Program-made: the position numbers and the translations under genes
The notes under the pieces: model-generated
Database searches by the model: none
Told to the model about the DNA's origin: nothing
Seen by the model: the letters and a program-made list of their open reading frames with translations, nothing else
Shown here: in pieces, positions 26,030 to 34,506 of the stretch
How positions within the stretch are numbered: position 1 is the first letter of the stretch
Layout: every line of letters begins with the position of its first letter
IMG/VR virus record: IMGVR_UViG_3300043416_000055
Location: 1-35,808 of that record
Reading direction: 5' to 3' (one strand)
DNA from: a virus
Lineage: Duplodnaviria; Caudoviricetes
Length of the DNA stretch: 35,808 nucleotides

Positions 26030-27550
26030 TTATGCTACGCGGGGTATGTTCCTGCGCAGTGACTGCCCCCACTTGTTGCTGGACGCAGAGCCAAAAGCAC
26101 CCGTGATCGCGTCAGAGGCAAACGTCAAGCAAAACGCATCAGCCCTGTCTGGACTCGCCAACCCTCGCTTCCTGATCTCGTCCTTGCCCTCAATCTGAAT
26201 CTTCCCGCTGCTGGTAAACGAATACCGCACAGTGGCCAGCTCAGAGATCAACAGATCATCCTTGGGCATGGTGCAGTCACGCTGCTCCAGCCACGCCTTG
26301 GCCTTGTGCCATAACTCTGCCTTCAAGTTCCGATACGTCCCGCCCATCGCTGGGGACTCGGAGACATTAATCCCCCGCGCCGGTAAGTTCAGCTCGCGCA
26401 GCCGGTCAACTACGCCAGCACCCAGGCCAATGCTGTCTACCAGTATCTCGTGCGGACGCTGGCTGGGCATCAGCACTTCATACTCAGAAACAATCGCACC
26501 CGTCAGTTGCATCAAATCCAAGTTCTTCCACGTCTTAATCGGTTCAAGCACCGCGTTACCCTGGCGCTTGCACAGCGCTGACCGGTCAGAGCCAAACCTG
26601 GCCACGTCCAAGCCCCACACTAACCTGGCGCTCAAGCTCGGCGCCACGTCCCGCTGTGTGGCCATCTCAAGCAACTCCATAGGTATCACCGTATCGTCAT
26701 CGGACCTAGGGAAATCTCCCAACACGCGAATCCGGTAGGCGTTGCTCTCCTCGCCATAGCGAGACTTCATCTCCTCGATGTAAGCCTCACTCACCCTGGG
26801 CGAGTCCGCGCACGAAACCTTCATCGTGATCCAGTCACCCGCCAGACGGTTGTGCGTGTCAAAGAAGAATCCGCTGCTGCGTACAGGGTTACCTAGTAAC
26901 AAAGTTACAGCGCTGTGGCCGGACATGGAACCCGCCGCAGCCTCAAACACCTGCTCGGGGATACCCGACGCCTCGTCTGCCACCAGCATGACGTGCTCAC
27001 TGTGTACCCCCTGCAAGGCCTCGGGCTGCTCGGCCCTTGATGTGCGTGCCGAGATAAACGCCTCGTTCGGGAATTCCTTAAACTCAATGCGGTCTTGCTT
27101 AACCTCCAACTGGTTCTGCAACGTCTCCGGCAACGCCTTAACCCAGCGCTTAAGTTCCGCAAACAAGGCGTCATAGAGCTGCGAGCTGGTGGGCGCGGTG
27201 AGCACAATCTTGACGGGAAACCTCAAAAACGCATACCAAATAATCGCCCAGGCGGCAGCCGTTGACTTCCCCACGCCATGCCCCGACCTGACGCTAATCC
27301 TGCGCTCACCCCTGGCAATGTGCATCAGAAAAGTCTTTTGCCACTCATCGGGTTCCGTGTTCAACACCTCCTGCACAAACAGCACAGGGTTGCGGTAGTA
27401 CTTCTTCGCCCACTCAATGAACGGGTTCTTTGACTGCTCGCCGTGTGCCTCTGTCATCTCGGCGACAGTGGACGCGATAGTTGGCACACTTTTTATTTTT
27501 TTTAGGGCAGAGGGCGGTGTCGGTGACACGGGTAGGGGGGTAGGGGTCAT
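26030..27550 (-). CDS. terL: Terminase large subunit
   Basis: Walker A SGHGVGKS; Walker B LVADEA; GNP coupling motif; nuclease GLDVARFG.D, SPD.AD; start could instead be Met at 27457. Confidence 0.95.
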   Translation of the reverse strand: MTPTPLPVSPTPPSALKKIKSVPTIASTVAEMTEAHGEQSKNPFIEWAKKYYRNPVLFVQEVLNTEPDEWQKTFLMHIARGERRISVRSGHGVGKSTAAAWAIIWYAFLRFPVKIVLTAPTSSQLYDALFAELKRWVKALPETLQNQLEVKQDRIEFKEFPNEAFISARTSRAEQPEALQGVHSEHVMLVADEASGIPEQVFEAAAGSMSGHSAVTLLLGNPVRSSGFFFDTHNRLAGDWITMKVSCADSPRVSEAYIEEMKSRYGEESNAYRIRVLGDFPRSDDDTVIPMELLEMATQRDVAPSLSARLVWGLDVARFGSDRSALCKRQGNAVLEPIKTWKNLDLMQLTGAIVSEYEVLMPSQRPHEILVDSIGLGAGVVDRLRELNLPARGINVSESPAMGGTYRNLKAELWHKAKAWLEQRDCTMPKDDLLISELATVRYSFTSSGKIQIEGKDEIRKRGLASPDRADAFCLTFASDAITGAFGSASSNKWGQSLRRNIPRVA

Positions 27551-27738
27551 GGTGGCGGTGTCTGTTTAGGTGCAGCAGTAGCCGCCCCCGCCGATTGCGC
27601 GAAGGGGGGGGTCGCGGCCACCGGAGCCAGCCGGACGGGCCAGTACCCCGCGTACAGGGGTAGGTTATCCACAGGATAGTCACAGGCTGGACAACTTAAC
27701 ATAATGCCCGTCGTATAAAGTACAAAGGCTTGAGGCAT
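27547..27738 (-). CDS. Possible small ORF filling the terS-terL gap
   Basis: Starts just after the terS stop and ends in an ATGA overlap with terL; overlaps DNA motifs; no recognisable domain. Confidence 0.35.
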   Translation of the reverse strand: MPQAFVLYTTGIMLSCPACDYPVDNLPLYAGYWPVRLAPVAATPPFAQSAGAATAAPKQTPPP

Positions 27739-27749
27739 GGTTATCCACA
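27665..27749 (+). promoter_or_regulatory. Two perfect DnaA boxes TTATCCACA (27665-27673, 27741-27749)
   Basis: Exact consensus, both within GGTTATCCACAG. Confidence 0.65.
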
Positions 27750-28178
27750 GAGCTGCGGCATGGTGTCAGCGTCCTGCACCACCTCGACATGGCGCAGCGC
27801 ATCGAGGCGCAACCCGCCAATGGAGATGTTGACCGCTGGCCCACGCTGCTGTGCGTAGACGCTAGGTTTCCAGCGCTCTGCGACCCACTGGCGCGTCTGT
27901 ATGCGCACTCGCGCCAGGTTACTCTCCTCTGGCGCTGCCTGGTCGGCGATCTCCAGCGTCTGGCAGGCGAGCACATCTGCTGCACGGGCGCGCGCGCGAG
28001 CAATTTTATGCTCGTTATCGGGCATATCGCACCATATTTCCAATGCCCTGCGCCCGATTCCAAGTGCCTCGCATATCCGAGCCGTTGACTTGCCGGCCTC
28101 GAACATGGCCACGATCTCCTCGACCTGGAGCGAGTCCAGCACCGCTAGGTCGCTAGTCTTTTTCGGTTGCCCAGCCAT
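27741..28178 (-). CDS. terS: Terminase small subunit (Sf6 gp1-like)
   Basis: HTH G.S..RIC..LG; ARAR...AD...LEIAD; ARVRI.TRQW.A.RW.P..Y; upstream of terL. Confidence 0.88.
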   Translation of the reverse strand: MAGQPKKTSDLAVLDSLQVEEIVAMFEAGKSTARICEALGIGRRALEIWCDMPDNEHKIARARARAADVLACQTLEIADQAAPEESNLARVRIQTRQWVAERWKPSVYAQQRGPAVNISIGGLRLDALRHVEVVQDADTMPQLCG

Positions 28179-28258
28179 CAGAAAGCCCTCCAGCGCAATC
28201 CAGCACCATCAAGCACCTTACCCATGCCCAGCCCCACATAATCGCTTCTACGCATCAT
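28178..28258 (-). CDS. 26-aa bridging mini-ORF (not in ORF track)
   Basis: MMRRSDYVGLGMGKVLDGAGLRWRAF; ATGA overlap upstream and TGATG overlap with terS. Confidence 0.45.
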   Translation of the reverse strand: MMRRSDYVGLGMGKVLDGAGLRWRAF

Positions 28259-28902
28259 CTAGCCCCTTTAAACGCCTTTGTGTCGAACAGTTTCGGCTGC
28301 TTGCTCGGTGTCACCATGTCCAGGTCGTTGACCATGTCATCGAACCCTGATGGCCCACCGACCGCCACCAGCTTGCTCTCTGGCCACAGCCGCTTGATCT
28401 CGCCTAGCTGACCACCTGCCTGCTTGGCTAGGATTATCGCAATCTCTGCCGCCGTCCAGACATCCCTGTCCGTTGTCCCTGGCCACTGTTGGCAGTAGAG
28501 CTGCTTCGCCTTCTCGTCCGGCACGATCACGAAAACCGTACCGTCCTCTCGCTGGTGCTCGATCTGCCCAACGTCCGGCAGTTCGCTGACACCGTTAGCC
28601 GCAGCCCAAGCCTCCATCGCGTCGTAGGCCTTGCACATACCCCTGACCGCCTTATCCAGCTTCACGTCGTCTCTGGATTCCTGTGCGTGCCAAACGCGCT
28701 CCAGTTGCAGCCACACCTTTTCCCGCAACTCGGTATCCACCAGCCAAATCAATCTACTAATACCCCACTTAGCGTCATGGATATTCTTGCGGTTTGCAAG
28801 TTCCACCATCACAGCGTTTTTGAACACCTCGAACTTGTCCGCTGGGAAGCTCGGCATTGCTGGCGTTTCCACCATCAAAGTTTTACGTTTATTTGTTGCC
28901 AC
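28255..28902 (-). CDS. Hypothetical protein following the origin
   Basis: 215-aa ORF; GGAG RBS before GTG; KWG..RL..LV...LR.K motif. Confidence 0.8.
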   Translation of the reverse strand: MATNKRKTLMVETPAMPSFPADKFEVFKNAVMVELANRKNIHDAKWGISRLIWLVDTELREKVWLQLERVWHAQESRDDVKLDKAVRGMCKAYDAMEAWAAANGVSELPDVGQIEHQREDGTVFVIVPDEKAKQLYCQQWPGTTDRDVWTAAEIAIILAKQAGGQLGEIKRLWPESKLVAVGGPSGFDDMVNDLDMVTPSKQPKLFDTKAFKGAR

Positions 28903-28921
28903 TTGGTTCTCCTATTCGGGC

Positions 28922-29133
28922 ATTTGGAAATGGGACAAATGGGAGCGTATATTAAGAATACGCTCTCCCATTTGTCCCATTCTCGCCAAATCTATGCTTA
29001 CCTACCATTTTGTCCATTTGTCCCACCATTTGTCCACCATTTGTCCTCCATTTGTCCCATTTGTCCCATTTGTCCCGTTTTCATGTTTTCCCTCTCATCC
29101 GTCCATTTGTCCCACCATTTGTCCCATTTGTCC
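28922..29133. repeat. Putative replication origin: inverted repeat plus CCATTTGTCC array
   Basis: 10 exact + strand copies, 1 variant, 1 inverted copy; palindrome 28929-28981; directly downstream of the primase-helicase. Confidence 0.85.
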
Positions 29134-29162
29134 GTAGCCAATTACGTAAGCAATAAAACACC

Positions 29163-31136
29163 CTAAAAGTCGCTATCGTTTTGGTCATCATCGCTCCAAA
29201 TAACCCAAACAAAAGGATCGAAAACCTCTACCCTTTTAGCGTTCTGGAGGCTCTGTACACACCTATTGAACCGCTTTGTGATGCCTGCTTTGTCAGTTTG
29301 GGCTGCTGAAAAAGCCTCCATCCACTGTTCAACGTGAACCGCTTTATTGCGCTTTCCGTCAATTAACCGCATCTCCCCATGCTCTGCAATCGCTTTGTGG
29401 AGTGCGTCAATTGCCACCTTTTGGACACCTCCAGCCCCTGATCTTGGTGGCGGTGTCCTTGTTTTCTTGTGCTGCTCGTCGATCATTTCCTGATATTCGC
29501 GTACCGCCAATGATGTTGACTCGCCTAGGTTTAGGCTGCCGCCAATGTCTATATGGATCATCTCAAAGCCGAATTTCAAGTTGTCCTGCCCGTCCTTTTG
29601 CTTACTTATAGTGATGATTCCTCTGCCTGCCACGCCATCCTTTGGCTCGTCCATCACCAACTTTTGTAGTTCTAGCTGGGTGTCCACGGCTCCAAGCAAG
29701 CTACTGTGACCCCTTAATCCTTTGGTGGAATCCTTGCCAGAGTGGTGCAATGGCATCAAAGCGCAATCCAGTTTTCGCTGCATCCGTCCGCAGTTATGGA
29801 TAAATGCGCCCATATCCTGGCTATCGTTCTCGTTACCGCCTCCAAACGCTCTTGCTAGGGTATCTATCTGTATTAACCGTAAATCTATCCCTGTGCGCTG
29901 GATTAGGTCATCAATAGATTCCATTAATAGGTTGAAGTCATCCGCGCTACTACGCAAATTCAATTGGTGTCTGATTACATATATCTCAGCACTATCCTTG
30001 GTATTGTGATTAATCTTGCAGGCCATAATCCTTGCACCGATACCGCCGTGACCTTCGCCGGCAATGATTAATACCGCACCAGGGTTCGTTATCTCATTAC
30101 CCATCCACGGCCTGCCTGTAGCGATAGCCTCTGCTATGTCTAGGGCAATGAAAGACTTGTAGCTGCCTGGCGGCCCGTACAGGGCTGCAAACCCTTTACT
30201 TGGTAACACGTCCTTGATGATCCAACTAACCGGCTCGTCCTTGATCGTGTCCCAAGGCTCTATGTTTAGCAATTGCGCGACAGGATTGAACGCCTCGAGT
30301 AATTGTTCGCTATCCGTTACAGTCATATCCTTGGTGATAACCGGAGCCTTCTTAGCCAGTTCCGCAAGTTCTTTGCGCGTTCCTTTTGCGTGATACACCC
30401 ACTCGTAAGCATCATCGCCAGGCATCATCAGTTCAAGGTCAAGGTATCTGATTGACTTGACCACGGGTAACAGGTGAGCAATTGCGCGTTTGGCGTAAGA
30501 GAAGCCTGGCTCGTCGTTGTCTGGGATCACTACTACGTTAGCGCCACTGAAATACTGCGTTATCTCCGTAGGCCAACTGCCTGCGCCAGTGTGGGAAGTG
30601 GTTGCCGTTGCGCCTATGCTGACCAGGGCATCGGCTGCCTTCTCACCCTCCACCAGGTAGATGGCTCGGCCTGCTGCCTTCGCGTCCAAGAGTTCCGGCA
30701 GGTTGTACGGGACTATGCGCGTGTCCTTGAGTCCGGCAATGCGTTTGCCGTTAGCGTCTACCCTATGTATGGAGTACGTCTTACCCTTTTCGTCGTTAGT
30801 CTTGTACCTGCGCTTTGTGAACAGGGTATCTCCGTCCTCCGTGCGGTACAGCCATTCATGTTCAAGTACCTTGTCCTGGTGCTGGGTAAAGCTGATTTCT
30901 TCCCGCTTTGGCGTAGTGGGCAGCAGGTTGCGCTCCCTTACAGCGTCGAACACGTCCCGCTGGTCGCAGCCGCCGTGGCAGTGGAACAAGACCTTACCCT
31001 CTGACTCCGTGATCGAGAGTGATGGGTTCTTGTCACCGTTCCCTTGCCCGTGGCCAGGTACGGGGCATGAGCACACCCACTGCCCGTTCACCTGCTTGGC
31101 GTTACCCAAGGCCTTGGCTATTGTTTCTGTGTCCAT
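29163..31136 (-). CDS. Primase-helicase (zinc finger + TOPRIM + RepA/AAA_25 helicase)
   Basis: CP...H..C...C; VEGEKAAD, PDND; GPPGSYKS; IDT; HHSGKD; RG.SSL. Confidence 0.93.
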   Translation of the reverse strand: MDTETIAKALGNAKQVNGQWVCSCPVPGHGQGNGDKNPSLSITESEGKVLFHCHGGCDQRDVFDAVRERNLLPTTPKREEISFTQHQDKVLEHEWLYRTEDGDTLFTKRRYKTNDEKGKTYSIHRVDANGKRIAGLKDTRIVPYNLPELLDAKAAGRAIYLVEGEKAADALVSIGATATTSHTGAGSWPTEITQYFSGANVVVIPDNDEPGFSYAKRAIAHLLPVVKSIRYLDLELMMPGDDAYEWVYHAKGTRKELAELAKKAPVITKDMTVTDSEQLLEAFNPVAQLLNIEPWDTIKDEPVSWIIKDVLPSKGFAALYGPPGSYKSFIALDIAEAIATGRPWMGNEITNPGAVLIIAGEGHGGIGARIMACKINHNTKDSAEIYVIRHQLNLRSSADDFNLLMESIDDLIQRTGIDLRLIQIDTLARAFGGGNENDSQDMGAFIHNCGRMQRKLDCALMPLHHSGKDSTKGLRGHSSLLGAVDTQLELQKLVMDEPKDGVAGRGIITISKQKDGQDNLKFGFEMIHIDIGGSLNLGESTSLAVREYQEMIDEQHKKTRTPPPRSGAGGVQKVAIDALHKAIAEHGEMRLIDGKRNKAVHVEQWMEAFSAAQTDKAGITKRFNRCVQSLQNAKRVEVFDPFVWVIWSDDDQNDSDF

Positions 31137-31858
31137 TATTTAGACCCCTCCTGAGAGGATTCGCCATGCAGTTGCTGCACAGAGTGGCACTTGTCCATTA
31201 CCAATGGCTTTAAGTCTGTCCACCCCACCGGCCACCCCATTAAGGCTTCGTATGCCGATGGTTTCGGGTATAAAGTTGACGCTCCCGTCCCATCGTCCCA
31301 TGCCCGATACTGGATCAATCGACTTACAAATTTGCTGTTTTTGCTTGTTCCTTTGTAATCTGATTTCACGGGTGTGGGCCACAATCCAGATTCTGTCCCT
31401 CTGATGTTTTGCTCCAACGTCCGCTGCTCCCAGCACTCCCCATCGCGCATCAAACCCCATTGAGGCCAAGTCTCCGAGAACTCGTCCAAGTCCCCTAGAA
31501 GTGAGCATTGGTGAGTTTTCCATGAACGCGAATCGGGGTCGTACTTCGTAAATGATGCGCGCCATTTGTCCCCACATCCCGCTTCGTTCTCCGTCGATTC
31601 CTGCGCCTTTTCCTGCTGCGCTGATGTCTTGGCATGGAAACCCGCCAGATACAACGTCAACAATTCCTCGCCACGTGTTTCCGTCAAAGGTTTGAACGTC
31701 ATCCCAAATCGGGAAAGGCGCAAGAAGCCCGTCATTTTGTCGGGCGCACAGTACGCTTGCTGGGTACGGTTCCCATTCAACGGCGCAGACTGTGCGCCAT
31801 CCAAGGAGTTTTCCCCCAAGTATTCCTCCACCAGCGCCTGCGAATAAAGCCAGCTCAT
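31136..31858 (-). CDS. Alternative-frame methyltransferase beta polypeptide (motif IX)
   Basis: 240-aa ORF nested in dcm; LWPTP and EALMGWPVGWT; its stop overlaps the primase ATG. Confidence 0.7.
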   Translation of the reverse strand: MSWLYSQALVEEYLGENSLDGAQSAPLNGNRTQQAYCAPDKMTGFLRLSRFGMTFKPLTETRGEELLTLYLAGFHAKTSAQQEKAQESTENEAGCGDKWRASFTKYDPDSRSWKTHQCSLLGDLDEFSETWPQWGLMRDGECWEQRTLEQNIRGTESGLWPTPVKSDYKGTSKNSKFVSRLIQYRAWDDGTGASTLYPKPSAYEALMGWPVGWTDLKPLVMDKCHSVQQLHGESSQEGSK

Positions 31859-31862
31859 TCAT
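31140..31862 (-). CDS. dcm: DNA (cytosine-5)-methyltransferase, alpha polypeptide
   Basis: Motif I FAGAGG, IV GFPCQD, VI ENS, VIII HQRDRIW, X IGNGQVP. Confidence 0.93.
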   Translation of the reverse strand: MNELALFAGAGGGILGGKLLGWRTVCAVEWEPYPASVLCARQNDGLLAPFPIWDDVQTFDGNTWRGIVDVVSGGFPCQDISAAGKGAGIDGERSGMWGQMARIIYEVRPRFAFMENSPMLTSRGLGRVLGDLASMGFDARWGVLGAADVGAKHQRDRIWIVAHTREIRLQRNKQKQQICKSIDPVSGMGRWDGSVNFIPETIGIRSLNGVAGGVDRLKAIGNGQVPLCAATAWRILSGGV

Positions 31863-31888
31863 ATCTCACTTTCGTTATTATTTAGGGG

Positions 31889-31920
31889 AAAAAAAAGCCG
31901 GTGGAGATCAACCCACCGGC
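31889..31920 (-). terminator. Rho-independent terminator after the SSB-like gene
   Basis: - strand GCCGGTGG-N8-CCACCGGC followed by T8. Confidence 0.85.
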
Positions 31921-31936
31921 GCGTTCAGTCTAACGC

Positions 31937-32503
31937 TTAGAAAATCTCGTCGTCCTCTACCACTGCAGCCTTAACCGGAGCCTTGCGTACCGGCTGCTGC
32001 ACCGGCTCAAAGGCCACCTCATCTGCCGCTGCATCCAACCCCGAAGGACGGGCAACCCAGCCCTTTAATACGAAAATCGGAATGCGAGTCGTACCCTTAC
32101 CGATCTTCTCGGCCTTAGAGTGCCCGTACTCAAGCACGGGCAACTTACCAGGATTACTTGTACGCTCTGCTGCGCAGGCCTTGTACATCTGCTCTAAGCC
32201 CATGTTCGGGCCTACTCCGTTAGATGACCACTCAGCAGCGCCGATCTCTTTGTTGTACAGCACTACCTGGAATCCACGTTTGTGTTCGGGGCTGGGTTGC
32301 GGCCCTTTCTTGCCGACACTCTCATCCTGCACCCAATCGCGTACACCGACACCCAGCAAGAGCCAGCCTGTCTTGATGTTGTCGATGTCGAACACCACTT
32401 TCTTTAACGTGATTTCCTCGTTGTTGTTGTTGGTCCAGGCATTAGCCTGGGGCGAAAAGCGGATGTAGTTACCAGAGCCGCCACCAGAAGATAGATTTAG
32501 CAT
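31937..32503 (-). CDS. Probable single-stranded DNA-binding protein
   Basis: Beta-rich core; acidic/aromatic tail EDDEIF; lies after the exonuclease gene. Confidence 0.65.
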   Translation of the reverse strand: MLNLSSGGGSGNYIRFSPQANAWTNNNNEEITLKKVVFDIDNIKTGWLLLGVGVRDWVQDESVGKKGPQPSPEHKRGFQVVLYNKEIGAAEWSSNGVGPNMGLEQMYKACAAERTSNPGKLPVLEYGHSKAEKIGKGTTRIPIFVLKGWVARPSGLDAAADEVAFEPVQQPVRKAPVKAAVVEDDEIF

Positions 32504-32516
32504 TTGCGTTTAGCTT

Positions 32517-33608
32517 TCAGAGTTGTAATAGGGCTGTGCTTTCGCCAAGCCCACGGGATTTAGACAACGTGAGTCCAGAAGAAACCTTCTTTGTCACGGC
32601 ATCCAAAACTTGTTTCCTGTCCTTGCCGAGTAACTTTTCTGCGGCAGCAGGGGAAATGATTGATGTCTCGTATATTTGTGTTTCGGGTAGACCGGCATCC
32701 AGCAGCACCTGTGCCGCATCCGAGTCCTTAGTCCACTGCCTGGTGGGGCGTTTAGGAGCCATCTGCCAGCCGCGCAACACACCACCGGCCTCCAGAGTCT
32801 TGGTGGCCTGCTTGCGTAGCGCAGTGATGAAGTCCTCCACAAGTTCTGCTTTGTCCAGAAGGTCTGCAACCTGGTCAGGGGTCATGGTTGCAATGTCAGC
32901 AGTCACGGGTACGGCTGCCAAGGCCTTACTCTGCGCAGGGCAGATCATCTTTGCGGGGCAGTATTGGCAGGCTGACTTCTCTGGTGTAGGCTCACTGCGT
33001 CCGTCAGCAGCAGACACGGCGGCAGGGATAAGCACGTCTGCCTTCCATGCCATGAGTTCATCACCTGTCATTGTGTGTGTACGTGGCTCACCAGTTTGTG
33101 GCTGAACAATCGTGAGGCGCACAGTGTCAAATACCTTCACCAGCTTAGTCATGATGCCTAATGCATAAATCTTCATCTGTGGAGAATCACTGTCCACCCA
33201 CTGCCTGCCTGTTTTCAAGTCTGCAATCTCAAGTATCGACTTGTCCAGGTTATACGCCACCACGTCAGCAGTACCGCCGACCTTTGCCAGCGTAGTCTCG
33301 TAAGCAATCCCGTACTGCTCCACCTTGATAGTGCCTAGTTCGGCCTCCAATGCAGCCACCGTGCGAATGTGCGCGAGTGCAAATTCAGCGTTCTCCCTGG
33401 TCATCACGATGCCCTCAATAGTCTTACCTACGAAGTCCATCGGGTCTTGATCTAGCTGCCAGCAGGTTTCAGACAGCGAATGAATGGCAGTGCCTATCTT
33501 TGCCGCTTCACCCGATTCCTCGTAAGGTACTTTGAGAGATAGTCGTGCTGATGCTGGGCAGGCTATCCAGCGGGATGCGGATGATGGACGAAGTAAGAGT
33601 TGTTTCAT
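32517..33608 (-). CDS. Cas4-like PD-(D/E)xK exonuclease (DUF2800-like)
   Basis: PSS..RW..CP; GT..H; GTAD; DLKTG; Q..IY; C.YC....CP; alternative GTG start at 33620. Confidence 0.9.
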   Translation of the reverse strand: MKQLLLRPSSASRWIACPASARLSLKVPYEESGEAAKIGTAIHSLSETCWQLDQDPMDFVGKTIEGIVMTRENAEFALAHIRTVAALEAELGTIKVEQYGIAYETTLAKVGGTADVVAYNLDKSILEIADLKTGRQWVDSDSPQMKIYALGIMTKLVKVFDTVRLTIVQPQTGEPRTHTMTGDELMAWKADVLIPAAVSAADGRSEPTPEKSACQYCPAKMICPAQSKALAAVPVTADIATMTPDQVADLLDKAELVEDFITALRKQATKTLEAGGVLRGWQMAPKRPTRQWTKDSDAAQVLLDAGLPETQIYETSIISPAAAEKLLGKDRKQVLDAVTKKVSSGLTLSKSRGLGESTALLQL

Positions 33609-33628
33609 ATATTGTTTCACTTATCGTT

Positions 33629-33820
33629 TCATTGTTCGTGGATTAAGAGTTGATACGCTAGGTTGCGTACCTCGGAACTGACTGCGTGGCCCAAGTCCTC
33701 GGCTGAAACTAATCGTTTCAAGAACTCAGTCTTTGCGCGTGATTGACTACGCTCATTCTCCAGTTGCGTAGCCAAGTAGATAGCGTGTTCTCTAAGTGTT
33801 CGTAGGTCTTGCAGGCTCAT
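33629..33820 (-). CDS. Hypothetical protein
   Basis: ATG 33820 overlaps the resolvase TGA. Confidence 0.75.
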   Translation of the reverse strand: MSLQDLRTLREHAIYLATQLENERSQSRAKTEFLKRLVSAEDLGHAVSSEVRNLAYQLLIHEQ

Positions 33821-34287
33821 TTGTTCGCCTTCAGCCACCAGGCTCCAATGAGTACGGCATCGGCTCGCCCGTCATCCTTAACCCGTGCAAAGGATTTCTG
33901 ATAGAAGGGATAGAGTTCGCAAGCCCGTGCGCGTGATGCGTCCTTACCAAGTCCTCGGCCTATTGCCTTTGTCCAGACTGATGGCATGACGTAGGTAGCG
34001 GGTATCTCAAACGCTCCGACAATGCCCTCAATCAGCCCAAAAGAACGCCCGAAGCTAAACATGGAAGTCGCTCCGTTGCCAGGCATTGCAGTCACCTTTT
34101 CTACGACAACGTGATCTGGATGATGCTGAGTAAATATGCCTGCCAGCGCGGAGGCTGAAATCTGCCGCTTAGTCTTGTTGTTACGGGTAAGTTCGTGCGT
34201 TGGTGTATCCACAATATCAATCAGAACGTCATCAATAAACACAGCAATCGCGCCGCTTAGACCTGGGTCAATAGACATCAGAATCAT
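33817..34287 (-). CDS. ruvC: RuvC-like Holliday junction resolvase
   Basis: IDPGLSGAIA; VVEKV; FSFG; P..W; DGRADA.LI. Confidence 0.9.
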   Translation of the reverse strand: MILMSIDPGLSGAIAVFIDDVLIDIVDTPTHELTRNNKTKRQISASALAGIFTQHHPDHVVVEKVTAMPGNGATSMFSFGRSFGLIEGIVGAFEIPATYVMPSVWTKAIGRGLGKDASRARACELYPFYQKSFARVKDDGRADAVLIGAWWLKANK

Positions 34288-34490
34288 GGTTGTTTCGCCG
34301 CTATCAGCGCGTCCACGGCTTGCTCTAGCTTCATGATGTTGGAGTACAAGGGGATCGTTTTGCCGGTAGACCAGCGTGATAGCTGGGCGGGGTCAACGCC
34401 AGCGGCATACGCTATATCGTTCATCTTGAACCCTGCTTCCTTGGCTCGAAGGCGTATTGCCTCAATTGCTTGCTCAGTCGGTGTAATCAT
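34284..34490 (-). CDS. Cro/XRE-family HTH regulator
   Basis: IA..AGV....LSRW..GK..P; first gene of the leftward operon. Confidence 0.88.
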   Translation of the reverse strand: MITPTEQAIEAIRLRAKEAGFKMNDIAYAAGVDPAQLSRWSTGKTIPLYSNIMKLEQAVDALIAAKQP

Positions 34491-34506
34491 TGTGCCTGTA
34501 CCCTTT

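Noticed and set aside
25515-26198. 227-aa + strand ORF
   Set aside because: Antisense to terL, the ncRNA and the DUF6496-like gene; no RBS or recognisable motif.
28922-29133. CRISPR array or mini-array
   Set aside because: Repeats are 10 bp and nearly contiguous, with no unique spacers.
28489-29166. + strand ORFs with ICPICP / HLSHHLS repeats
   Set aside because: By-products of translating the origin repeats, and antisense to a real gene.
32517-33608. CRISPR-associated cas4
   Set aside because: Stand-alone phage Cas4-like nuclease in a recombination module; no other cas genes or array.
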